IMG/VR virus record: IMGVR_UViG_3300016476_000621
Span: 1-37,123 of that record
Strand: one strand, 5' to 3'
Source of the DNA: a virus
Lineage: Duplodnaviria > Caudoviricetes
Length of the DNA: 37,123 bases
The position numbers and the translations under genes are program-made. Shown here one piece after another: positions 1-7,644 of this stretch. Each line of letters begins with the position of its first letter. Position 1 is the first letter of the stretch. A model generated the notes under the pieces. That model was not told the DNA's origin, made no database searches, and saw only the letters and a program-made list of their open reading frames with translations.

Positions 1-416
1 GCAGGCAGATACTTGTAAACAAGCGGCTGCTGCATCTGAACGCTGCTCATGTTCGTAGTGTGGACACACCAGACCCGTTTATCGGGATTCCGGCTCAACA
101 CCTGGGCGACCCGCTTGGCAGCGTATTCAGACTTGCCCGCTCGGTTTCCCCCCAGGATAACCAGTTCATTGACCTCGGGGTCGGAAAGCAGGTTGTCGGC
201 GGTCTTCCAGTGGTCAGGCTCGTAGCCATGACGGTAGGGGTCCATCCGCTCGGCTAGAATCTTGTCTTCCCGCAGTTGCAGGCGGCGGACGACCTCATCC
301 ATGCCAACCTTTTTGACGAGGGCGGCAATCGTCTCCGGTGAAGGAGCAACTAGGATAGGGTGCGGAGTCGGGCGATACTGCCCAAGGTTCTCCTTGGTTA
401 CTTCAAGCTGGAACAT
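1..416 (-). CDS. terL: Terminase large subunit, N-terminal part (continues across the window junction into 37123..35890)
   Basis: Manual translation from ATG at 416: MFQLEVTKENLGQYRPTPHP...LVILGGNRAGKSEYAAKR...YKYLPA, containing Walker A GGNRAGKS. It is open to position 1 and joins the window end in frame (416+1234=1650 nt, 549 aa). Confidence 0.93.
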   Translation of the reverse strand, partial: MFQLEVTKENLGQYRPTPHPILVAPSPETIAALVKKVGMDEVVRRLQLREDKILAERMDPYRHGYEPDHWKTADNLLSDPEVNELVILGGNRAGKSEYAAKRVAQVLSRNPDKRVWCVHTTNMSSVQMQQPLVYKYLP

Positions 417-437
417 GGAGGTTTAAGACCTCAATCC

Positions 438-746
438 TTAAGCCAAGTAAAACAAAAGCGCAACAGCCCATTTAGTCTTATCGGCCCAATAGGCAGCCGA
501 CATTTTGCCTTTCTTGATATTCTCGGAATGGCGAGCTTTGAAGGACTCGCGGCGGTTCTTGTCCGCCTCGCTTTCGCCTTTCTTGTAGGGAGAGCCGGAA
601 ACACCTTGCTGGCCAAAGCGGATGGTCTTCACCTTGTCGCCCTGCTTGGCAACGACGACATGGCTTTTTGTGGGATGGCTCGGCGTGCGTTTGGGCTTGT
701 TGTAGCCAGTCACACCGACCCTGGCGAGGCGGGGGTCAGTCTTCAC
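438..746 (-). CDS. Small basic conserved phage protein (KTIRFGQQG...RRESFKARH...SAAYWA; DUF5754/DUF6321-like)
   Basis: ORF track 438..776; probable GTG start at 746. Motif pattern recalled from many phage hypothetical proteins. Confidence 0.7.
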   Translation of the reverse strand: MKTDPRLARVGVTGYNKPKRTPSHPTKSHVVVAKQGDKVKTIRFGQQGVSGSPYKKGESEADKNRRESFKARHSENIKKGKMSAAYWADKTKWAVALLFYLA

Positions 747-912
747 GCTGGAAACAAGAAGCGGAAAGTTTGTCAATCAAGGCTTCAGCGAAGTCATCAG
801 CCTTGCCGAAGTCGCTGATGTGGTCAACGAACAGCGGAAAGTTGTCGTCCAGGAACGTGGACAGGCATTCCAGTTCCTCGGCGGTCAGGCGGTTGAGGTC
901 ATTCGCTTTCAT
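736..912 (-). CDS. Small acidic hypothetical protein
   Basis: ATG at 912 (MKANDLNRLT...); its stop overlaps the start of the next gene. Confidence 0.6.
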   Translation of the reverse strand: MKANDLNRLTAEELECLSTFLDDNFPLFVDHISDFGKADDFAEALIDKLSASCFQRED

Positions 913-938
913 CGGTGAAAAAACATATTCATCCTTGC

Positions 939-967
939 TTGACGAGCAAGAGGGAGCATGGTAAAGC
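939..967 (+). promoter_or_regulatory. Sigma70-like promoter facing against the genome's coding direction
   Basis: TTGACG (939-944), 17-nt spacer, TAAAGC (962-967). The same -35 hexamer occurs at the 8475 and 14730 promoters. Confidence 0.55.
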
Positions 968-974
968 AACAATA

Positions 975-1325
975 AGGTTTGCGTCGTGATGGGCGTAATC
1001 TGCCCTCAGCAAACTGCTCAGAGGCCGGCGTTTCCATCACAGCGCCGGCCTCTTTGTTTGGGTATTCCTCGCCCAGCAGAAGCCAGTAGCGTCCCTGAGC
1101 GGGCAACGCGGGCTGGCGGAGGATTCGGCGCACGATGGACCAGCGAATCAGTCGTGCAAAAGGCGCATCTGCAAAGATGGGTTGCGCTCCCTGCCATTTG
1201 ACCCGGCTTTACTGAGCCAGCCGACCGGGAAGGCAGTGAGACTTGCGACGGGACTCCCGATTCCTATACGGAAGTGGAGCTTGGAGCATGGCAGTTTCCT
1301 GCAAAGGGATTGCTATGCTCTGAAA
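975..1325 (+). ncRNA. Candidate large structured non-coding RNA
   Basis: No convincing ORF. Dense helices, two GCAA tetraloop hairpins (1166-1179, 1284-1320), G-U pairs favouring the + strand, and an upstream promoter. Confidence 0.5.
1020..1059 (+). terminator. Intrinsic terminator / attenuator hairpin
   Basis: AGAGGCCGGCG-12 nt loop-CGCCGGCCTCT (perfect 11-bp stem) followed by TTGTTT. Confidence 0.7.
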
Positions 1326-1465
1326 CAGCCCTCAAGCCTACCGGAAGCACAGCTACTGCACCTCGTCTTCTCGTTCTTGTCGCCGTCTAGCGGCGTTCTT
1401 GTCTGCATCCATGACACAGACCCAAATGACCCAGAAACAGAAGATGTTCAGCAGGATTTCCATAG

Positions 1466-1660
1466 CTAAAGGTGCCTGCGAAGCTCGTCACCGTCAACTG
1501 CAACCTTGTCGCCCGTCTTGTGCAGCCTGACGCACCATTCGCCATTCCAGCCGTCTTGGTCAGCACCAGGGTGCAAAGGCTCCAAAACGGCACCAGATTG
1601 CAGCAGAAGGGGGCGTTGAGCGTCCCAAGTCACCGCGGCGACCGGGTGACGCAGCTTCAT
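1466..1660 (-). CDS. Hypothetical protein
   Basis: ATG at 1660 (MKLRHPVAAVTWD...) overlaps the upstream stop in ATGA fashion. Confidence 0.6.
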   Translation of the reverse strand: MKLRHPVAAVTWDAQRPLLLQSGAVLEPLHPGADQDGWNGEWCVRLHKTGDKVAVDGDELRRHL

Positions 1661-1824
1661 TGCGCCTGGGAGTCCGTAGGGCATTCAATCGGCTCAATAT
1701 CCGGCACCGGCTCAACCTTGCGACTGCACTCAGGACAGACGGCAGTGCCATCGTCCATGATGTCCATAAAGTCACCGCAGCATTCTGGCGGTTCCGGCAT
1801 TTCAGGTGGTTCATCCCATCTCAT
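1657..1824 (-). CDS. Small zinc-ribbon-like protein, 55 aa (not in ORF track)
   Basis: Manual translation MRWDEPPEMPEPPECCGDFMDIMDDGTAVCPECSRKVEPVPDIEPIECPTDSQAQ; ATGA overlaps at both ends. Confidence 0.65.
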   Translation of the reverse strand: MRWDEPPEMPEPPECCGDFMDIMDDGTAVCPECSRKVEPVPDIEPIECPTDSQAQ

Positions 1825-1991
1825 GGCTTCAATGAAGCGTTTTCCAGATTGGTTTCAAGTGATTTCACCAACATGATTCGAGCGTTTTTGCCGGTCTTCT
1901 CACAGAAGCTCTTGCGCCACTGCTTCGTGCCTTCGCGTTCAACGGTCTTGCCGCAGTGCTTGCAGCGGTAGAGGCTGGTGACGGGCTTCAT
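1821..1991 (-). CDS. Small CxxC protein, 56 aa (not in ORF track)
   Basis: Manual translation MKPVTSLYRCKHCGKTVEREGTKQWRKSFCEKTGKNARIML...; ATGA overlaps at both ends. Confidence 0.7.
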   Translation of the reverse strand: MKPVTSLYRCKHCGKTVEREGTKQWRKSFCEKTGKNARIMLVKSLETNLENASLKP

Positions 1992-2197
1992 TTCGGCTTG
2001 TGCTTCTTGATGACCTTCCCAACCTCATGCGCAGCTACGCGGTAGGTGCCCGCCATGTAGCCGCAGGCAAGCTGCCAAGGCGTGATTTGGTGTGGTCTGG
2101 CACCGTCTGGCACTTGACCCTGCTTGGTGTAAATGCGGGCCTCCTTGGCGAATGACTCGCGCAGGGCTTCAAGGTCGGTGAGGATACAGTCGGGCAT
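1988..2197 (-). CDS. Hypothetical protein
   Basis: ATG at 2197 (MPDCILTDLEALRESF...); coupled to the downstream gene. Confidence 0.6.
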   Translation of the reverse strand: MPDCILTDLEALRESFAKEARIYTKQGQVPDGARPHQITPWQLACGYMAGTYRVAAHEVGKVIKKHKPK

Positions 2198-2440
2198 TGT
2201 AGTTTCACTGACCCGTGAATCGTGGCTAATCAACGCAAGATTGCACTTTCTGAAAGGTAATGCCTACCGCTGCAAGGCACAGCCTCGCAACCCTGAACAT
2301 GGAGAACCCGTTTATGTCAGAGCGTCGGAATGACACGGCAGGCAAAGTGGTGAGCGGTTTCGCTTTTATGCGCTTACGAAACTGGCGAGTTATGTGACCA
2401 GTGCTGATTGCACCGACGCAATGCCACGACGCTCAAAGTC

Positions 2441-3004
2441 TCAGAACTTCCCCAACCTCCTTGGCTGGAACTTGGCAACCAGGTTGTCACCGTCCTGGCG
2501 CACCGGAATGACCATACCAGGCACAAAGTAGCGGGAGTCCTTGCAGAGGCACAAACGGTCACTTCCGTTGTGATGAACAAGCAATACGCGCAGGTTTGTG
2601 AACCGAGTATGCTTGACAACGGCGGTGTCAGACTCGGCAAGAAGGCGCTCCAGTGCGCTACCAGTCTTGGGGGCATCAGGCTCAATGCCGTGTTGCTCCA
2701 ACGCTTCGGTGATGGCTTGCGAGGCTTCAGCCCAGCTAGCCTGCACCTCAGAAGGCGCAACCTCAGGCTTAGAAGGCGTTTCTGGCTCGCTTACAGGCTC
2801 AACGTCGGCTTCCTGCTCCACAGGGGCGGCAACAAGCTCCTTCAGCCTGTCCTGGCCTGCTGCGGTGAGATACGTCTTGTTGTAGCGTCCGACAATCCAG
2901 TGCTTGCCACGCTTTAGCTGGGCTTTGAGCGACTTTATCTGGTCACTGGCAACGCCTAGTGAGGCGGCGAACTGTTCTAGGGGAATGGCTTTAGTTTGGT
3001 CCAT
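2441..3004 (-). CDS. Hypothetical protein: N-terminal HTH-like region, acidic Pro-rich linker, beta-rich C-terminal domain
   Basis: 187-aa ORF with A/C-rich leader; N-terminus LEQFAASLGVASDQIKSL resembles an HTH. Confidence 0.7.
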   Translation of the reverse strand: MDQTKAIPLEQFAASLGVASDQIKSLKAQLKRGKHWIVGRYNKTYLTAAGQDRLKELVAAPVEQEADVEPVSEPETPSKPEVAPSEVQASWAEASQAITEALEQHGIEPDAPKTGSALERLLAESDTAVVKHTRFTNLRVLLVHHNGSDRLCLCKDSRYFVPGMVIPVRQDGDNLVAKFQPRRLGKF

Positions 3005-3014
3005 GATTGTGTTT

Positions 3015-3173
3015 TTATTCTTCTTCTCGTCTTACAATTCTAGGAAAAAGGCAAACTGCGATAAACAAGAACCAACCCCATCCATCAATATTGCTGCAAG
3101 CCATGTGGCCGGCAATACAGACAGATGCAATACTTGGAATGCAGGCAAGTGCGGTTATAAACGTAAACTTCAC
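3015..3173 (-). CDS. Small membrane protein with GWGWFLF motif, 52 aa (not in ORF track)
   Basis: Manual translation from GTG: MKFTFITALACIPSIASVCIAGHMACSNIDGWGWFLFIAVCLFPRIVRREEE; fills the gap between its neighbours. Confidence 0.65.
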   Translation of the reverse strand: MKFTFITALACIPSIASVCIAGHMACSNIDGWGWFLFIAVCLFPRIVRREEE

Positions 3174-3179
3174 GCAAGT

Positions 3180-3566
3180 TCAGGCTTTCGGCTTCTTGCA
3201 GGGTTCCCAGGTAGTGCGCACCACGCTGCCGGGGGGCGGGTCGGGCAGACGCCATTCGGTAACTTCGCGGTAAAAGTTATTTGCATCGCCGGACTCAACA
3301 AAAAGCCCAGCACACACGGTTTTGAGAAACCCTTTGCCCGGCGGGTTTCCTTTGCTGGCAACCCAATCCCCCTCTCGAATCACCTCCCCGACTTTCAGCT
3401 TGCGGAACTTCTTCCCCGGCATGTCGGGGGGATCGAACAGTTCTTCCGGCTCGGGCTTGGACTCGTAGTGCGCACGCATCTGGTCGTAGATGGCGCGGGC
3501 GGTGTGAATCGCGACCGCTTGGTAGGGGCCGCTCCAGTCAGGCAATTTCAAGTCTTCGAATTTCAT
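3180..3566 (-). CDS. Hypothetical protein
   Basis: 128-aa ORF with ATG start, tiling with neighbours. Confidence 0.65.
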   Translation of the reverse strand: MKFEDLKLPDWSGPYQAVAIHTARAIYDQMRAHYESKPEPEELFDPPDMPGKKFRKLKVGEVIREGDWVASKGNPPGKGFLKTVCAGLFVESGDANNFYREVTEWRLPDPPPGSVVRTTWEPCKKPKA

Positions 3567-3580
3567 GGGTTGGGGTGTGT

Positions 3581-3775
3581 TCAGTTCGCGCCATGGGCGA
3601 AGTTGTGGCTAGGATGGGTGTCAGGGTCAAGAACGTCAAGCAGTTTCTCAATGTCCTCGAGAAGTTCCTCGACATGCTCGGCGTCCACCGACTCAGGCTC
3701 GTCCTTGAGGTGGTCAATGACGATGAGGCACTCCAGCAGGGTGTTGTAGGACAGGCGGCGAAGGGGAGGGGTCAT
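3581..3775 (-). CDS. Small acidic helical hypothetical protein
   Basis: 64-aa ORF with ATG start. Confidence 0.6.
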   Translation of the reverse strand: MTPPLRRLSYNTLLECLIVIDHLKDEPESVDAEHVEELLEDIEKLLDVLDPDTHPSHNFAHGAN

Positions 3776-3943
3776 AGGGCTTTTGGCGAAAATTTCCAGA
3801 GGGGGCTACTCATCAGCCTTTTTTACTGCTGCGAAAATCTGGACCCCCTCCCCCCCCGTCTTTGCTGCCCAACTTTGCTAACCGACTGTGTTTCAACGTG
3901 TTGTGCAAGTGCCATAGCTTTACATTATGCTTATAGTATGTAG

Positions 3944-4408
3944 TTATGCCTCGTCCTGAACCTCGCTGAACTCACCCTCGATGACGATGTTGTTTGCGTC
4001 AAAAAGGGAGTTCACGCTTTGATGATCAACGCGAAGGCGATGTTCGACCACTGTTTGCGGTTGGTCGTGGAGCGCCTGGATTTTGTCAATGGCCACGGCG
4101 ATGGCGATGGGTAAACTCGCCAGTGGCATATTGTCTACCTCGTCCACAAGTCGCTGACTCCCTTTCGCTGCGAAGTGCGACAGTGTTGCAGCAGTCTGCT
4201 TCTTCCATGCTGCCAGGTTGAACGCAGGGTCACCTTCCTCGGCCTTGTCCCTCAATGCCGCGACAATGTGGTTGGAAAGCTCGAACTTCTTCGCAGTCGC
4301 CACGATGCCGTTTCCGTCCTTCAGGTAGGCTAGCACCTCCTGTTTCACTTCATCAGGTAGGTTCTCGCCTGTGTGCCTGTTCGATGTTGTCTTCAGCTTT
4401 CCTTCCAT
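3944..4408 (-). CDS. HTH protein, putative terminase small subunit
   Basis: ATG at 4408. N-terminal HTH (KQEVLAYLKDGNGIVATAKKFELSNHIV), helical core, then beta-strand/acidic tail (QTVVEHR...VIEGEFSEV), which is the usual TerS architecture. Confidence 0.55.
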   Translation of the reverse strand: MEGKLKTTSNRHTGENLPDEVKQEVLAYLKDGNGIVATAKKFELSNHIVAALRDKAEEGDPAFNLAAWKKQTAATLSHFAAKGSQRLVDEVDNMPLASLPIAIAVAIDKIQALHDQPQTVVEHRLRVDHQSVNSLFDANNIVIEGEFSEVQDEA

Positions 4409-4409
4409 T

Positions 4410-4775
4410 TTAAGCCTTTCTAGTGCGTTTCCGCTGTGTTGATACTGCCTTCTTGCTAGAACGCCGTTTCTCGGCCTTCTTGCCCCATTGCCAGCCCTGC
4501 TCCAGCAGGTGTTCCCAAGCTGGGAAGAATATGCCATCCATGCATCGGACAATCTGTTCTTCCTTGTCATCGTCCAGCCCAAAGCCAACACCAGAGATTG
4601 CCAGTGCAGCGTGCATCAGTTCATGCCTTAGCGTGTTCAACGCCTCGATGGGATTGTCCTTGAGGTCTGAGCGCAGCACAATGGTGCCAGCGTCGTGGAA
4701 ATAGCTGCCGTAGTCGTCAATTTCCGACCAGATTAGCGTTAGCTTCTTGCCGCCGATGGTGATGAATGCGCTCAT
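4410..4775 (-). CDS. Zincin-like HEXXH metallopeptidase
   Basis: TLRHELMHAAL motif with a downstream EE (KEEQIVR). Confidence 0.75.
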   Translation of the reverse strand: MSAFITIGGKKLTLIWSEIDDYGSYFHDAGTIVLRSDLKDNPIEALNTLRHELMHAALAISGVGFGLDDDKEEQIVRCMDGIFFPAWEHLLEQGWQWGKKAEKRRSSKKAVSTQRKRTRKA

Positions 4776-4776
4776 G

Positions 4777-5127
4777 TCATTTCCACTCCTTCAGATGACA
4801 CATTGCTCCGATAATGCCGTAGTTTGCCAAGTCCAGCCAGGAATCCAGAATGCTCTCGTTCCTCGGTGCCATCTGGCACTCAGCCGGGTCATCGGCCAGA
4901 ACCATGGTCTTCTGGTTCTTCAGCAGGTTCTGAAGCCTCGCAGTCTTGTCATCGCAGCGGACTAGGACGCCTAATTCACCATGCCTAGCAATGTTCTGCG
5001 AGCCGTAGTCCTGCTGTTTCCGGTCAAGCGTCTGGATGTTGTCCAGCGCGATGACCAGAGCTTTACGGCCAATTTCAGTCTTAAGGCCAAGCTGATCGGC
5101 CAGGTTGTTGTAGAAGTCGGGGTCCAT
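4777..5127 (-). CDS. DUF1599 / nucleotide modification associated domain 1 protein
   Basis: KQQDYG...RCDDKTARL...ESILDSWLDLANYGII pattern. Confidence 0.8.
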   Translation of the reverse strand: MDPDFYNNLADQLGLKTEIGRKALVIALDNIQTLDRKQQDYGSQNIARHGELGVLVRCDDKTARLQNLLKNQKTMVLADDPAECQMAPRNESILDSWLDLANYGIIGAMCHLKEWK

Positions 5128-5130
5128 GGT

Positions 5131-5733
5131 TTAAGGAAGGTTACTCCACTGTTCAGCCATTGCGTCGGCAATGCCTTGGTATGTTGCGCTGCGAACTTTC
5201 CAGCGGTCTTTGCTCGGTGGTAGTTTGTTTTGCCCTCCGTCAGTTTGGTTCGCCCAGCGTTTCTTGCCGTTCACAATTCTGGGTTCTACAATGGCAGTAG
5301 ACTTTAGGGCAGGCAAGTCCTTTAACCAAAGGCAGGTTGCCTTGCTGGCGTCGTGACCAAACTGCCATGGTTGAATAGTCTGGTCAGGCTTCCTGATGCG
5401 GCTTGAGATGACTGAAACTGGGTTCTCGATGGCGATGCGGCGAATTGGGGCATCCATCAGCAGCCTGACAAAGGCCAAGGCATCCTCGGTCAGTTGCGGG
5501 TCACGCAGTCCTCTTGCCGTCCAGTGCATCCCACTGACAGACAGGTAGGTACAAGGAGGGTGTGCAACCATCAAGTCCCAATGTTGGTTGAGCATGTCAC
5601 GAACATCGCCCTGATAATGGTTGCCAGGCTTGTCGCTGGGCAACAGGTCACAAGACCAGGCTTCCCAACCTTTTTGCGCGAAAGCATCGCGGACGGTTCC
5701 AGAGTATTCGCAGGCTACAAGTATGCGTTTCAT
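5131..5733 (-). CDS. Phage-type DNA cytosine (C5) methyltransferase-like protein
   Basis: ATG at 5733; ILVACEYSG, SCD, AHPPCTYL (catalytic PC) and IENP motifs. Confidence 0.8.
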   Translation of the reverse strand: MKRILVACEYSGTVRDAFAQKGWEAWSCDLLPSDKPGNHYQGDVRDMLNQHWDLMVAHPPCTYLSVSGMHWTARGLRDPQLTEDALAFVRLLMDAPIRRIAIENPVSVISSRIRKPDQTIQPWQFGHDASKATCLWLKDLPALKSTAIVEPRIVNGKKRWANQTDGGQNKLPPSKDRWKVRSATYQGIADAMAEQWSNLP

Positions 5734-5746
5734 GTTGTCGTGTTGT

Positions 5747-7000
5747 TCAGATCGGTGCCGGTTCCCGAAACTTGTAGAATCGCCCGAGGAAGTCAAGCTC
5801 AAGTTGCCAGAAGCGTTCGCCTGTTCTGTTCTTCTCACAAGTGAGAATGCGCTTTTCGTCGTTGTCCTCCACCTTGTTGAGGAACAGGATATGGTCGGCA
5901 TCCTGCCCAATCGCTCGGCTTTCCCGCAGCTGGTTGTTGTCGTTTAGCTGGCTGGCTGTCAGAATCACCTTCTTGGCCCTCACTGCCGTGCGCTTCAGCC
6001 TCCTGGAGATACTGGCAACCAGTTCTTCGCGGGTGCCACCCTTGCGTCCTTCGTCTTCCATCAGTTGCAGGTAGTCCACCATCACAACGTCAGCGTCAGA
6101 CTGCTCAATATCCGCCAGAATCTCGGTCGCTGTGGCACCGTTTACGTCCACAATATCGGCTTTGGCGCGGTGCAGTCGCTTGATAGCCTCATGCAGGGCT
6201 TGCTGCTCGGCACGGCTCATCAGTCCTTTCCATACAGCTTGGTTGTCTAGACTCCCTTGGCTGCACAGGATGCGGTATGCCTGTTCCTGCTGCGACATCT
6301 CCAGCGGGTAAATTCTCACCTTCTTGCCCTGGTCTAGTGCTGCTTCAAGGAAGTTCTGCATCAGGACGGATTTGCCGTCACCCGGCTTGCCTGCGATGAC
6401 CCAAACACGACCGGGCTGCATCCCTTGCGTCTTTGCGTCCACTGTGTCAAAGCCCGTCGAGATGCCCGGCAGGGTGTTGCCGTGTAGTGTCCTGCGCTCA
6501 ATCTCCTCGATAATCTCGGCGGATAGCTCTCCCATCGTCTTTGACGCTAGCGGCTTGCCAGGGATTCGCCCAGCTTCGGCCAGCATCGTTTCCACCTCGG
6601 CAATGGCTGCGGTCGTATCGGTTCCGGCCAAGACTGCAACTTCAAGCGTTTCCTTGGCTTTTTCGAGCGTTTCGATACGCTTCCGCACCTCATACCCTTG
6701 GCGAACGCTCTGAAGCATTCTGGTGGCGTTTCTGTGCAAAACAGGGCTGGTCCAGAGGTCTGAGAGCCTGGCAGCACCTCCAGATTCGTCCAACAGCCCC
6801 TTTTCGCGCAGCTTGGCGGTCGTTACGAGCAGGTCTGGGGCTTCCTCGCGGCCAACGGCATCAACCAGTTCGCGGAACAGCGGTCGGTTCTCCTGGCTGA
6901 ACATCTCGGCAGTGACGGCATGTAGCGACTTCCGCAGGGCTTCAGGGTTCTGAGCGAAGATGGCCAGCAGGCTTTCCTCGGTTGCGGCTTGGATGTTCAT
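5747..7000 (-). CDS. dnaB: DnaB-like replicative helicase
   Basis: Walker A AGKPGDGKS, LEMS, Walker B MVDYLQLM, SQLN, LRESRAIGQDAD, KNRTG. Confidence 0.93.
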   Translation of the reverse strand: MNIQAATEESLLAIFAQNPEALRKSLHAVTAEMFSQENRPLFRELVDAVGREEAPDLLVTTAKLREKGLLDESGGAARLSDLWTSPVLHRNATRMLQSVRQGYEVRKRIETLEKAKETLEVAVLAGTDTTAAIAEVETMLAEAGRIPGKPLASKTMGELSAEIIEEIERRTLHGNTLPGISTGFDTVDAKTQGMQPGRVWVIAGKPGDGKSVLMQNFLEAALDQGKKVRIYPLEMSQQEQAYRILCSQGSLDNQAVWKGLMSRAEQQALHEAIKRLHRAKADIVDVNGATATEILADIEQSDADVVMVDYLQLMEDEGRKGGTREELVASISRRLKRTAVRAKKVILTASQLNDNNQLRESRAIGQDADHILFLNKVEDNDEKRILTCEKNRTGERFWQLELDFLGRFYKFREPAPI

Positions 7001-7002
7001 GG

Positions 7003-7644
7003 TCAAAGGAATGTCATTTGTGCTGTTTCTCGTTCAATTCGCTTGCAGGCTGCTTGAAAGTAGCCGTAGTCAAGCTCAATGCCGGTAAAGTCCATGTCGG
7101 CATAATGGGCGGCAATGGCGTGAGAACCGCTGCCTAAATGGGTGTCGAGGATGCGTTGACCGGGCTTGGCGTATTTGGCAAGCAGCCAACGATAAAGGGC
7201 GACGGGCTTCTGTGTGGGGTGAATGCGTGCCGTTTCGTTCGGGTGTTTATCGAACTTCTTTGCGGAAGTATTAAAAGACGACCACGCCAGTTCAAATTGA
7301 GCAAACGTAACGTCTTCCGAAAATCCTTTATCCCACAAAATCCAACATGGAGATGGCTGCAGGTGTTCGGTCATGTAATTTCCACCCCAAACAATTTGAT
7401 TACTGGAAACCCTTCTGAGTTCATTAAAATAATCAGCGCTTGGAATTTCTGAATCCCCACCTGCAAACTTGTGATAGTTGCTTGGCTTATCGCCTTTGCG
7501 ACGACCCATATTGACATTGATAGAAATACCATATGGGGGGTCCACGATTGCAAGATCAAAGTGCTTGTTGGGCAATTCCCTCATTACGTTCATACAGTCG
7601 GCGTGGAATATTGATAGTTTTTGATATTGCCAGGTCGGAGTCAT
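7003..7644 (-). CDS. DNA N6-adenine/N4-cytosine methyltransferase (beta class)
   Basis: ATG at 7644 overlaps the upstream stop; DPPY, HPTQKP and LDTHLGSGS motifs. Confidence 0.92.
   Translation of the reverse strand: MTPTWQYQKLSIFHADCMNVMRELPNKHFDLAIVDPPYGISINVNMGRRKGDKPSNYHKFAGGDSEIPSADYFNELRRVSSNQIVWGGNYMTEHLQPSPCWILWDKGFSEDVTFAQFELAWSSFNTSAKKFDKHPNETARIHPTQKPVALYRWLLAKYAKPGQRILDTHLGSGSHAIAAHYADMDFTGIELDYGYFQAACKRIERETAQMTFL

Noticed and set aside
1284-1320. Long GAGC...GCTC hairpin as group II intron domain V
   Set aside because: It lacks the AC bulge geometry and a following domain VI; no maturase or interrupted gene is nearby.
1182-1469. 95-aa + strand ORF
   Set aside because: TTG start, no recognisable motif, and it overlaps strong RNA-like helices. 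Not excluded, but not supported as a CDS.
2904-3749. Long + strand ORFs here and elsewhere (e.g. 18066..18860, 30204..31085, 31575..32444, 33784..34530)
   Set aside because: They are antisense shadows of well-supported minus-strand genes, expected from codon bias, and carry no motifs.
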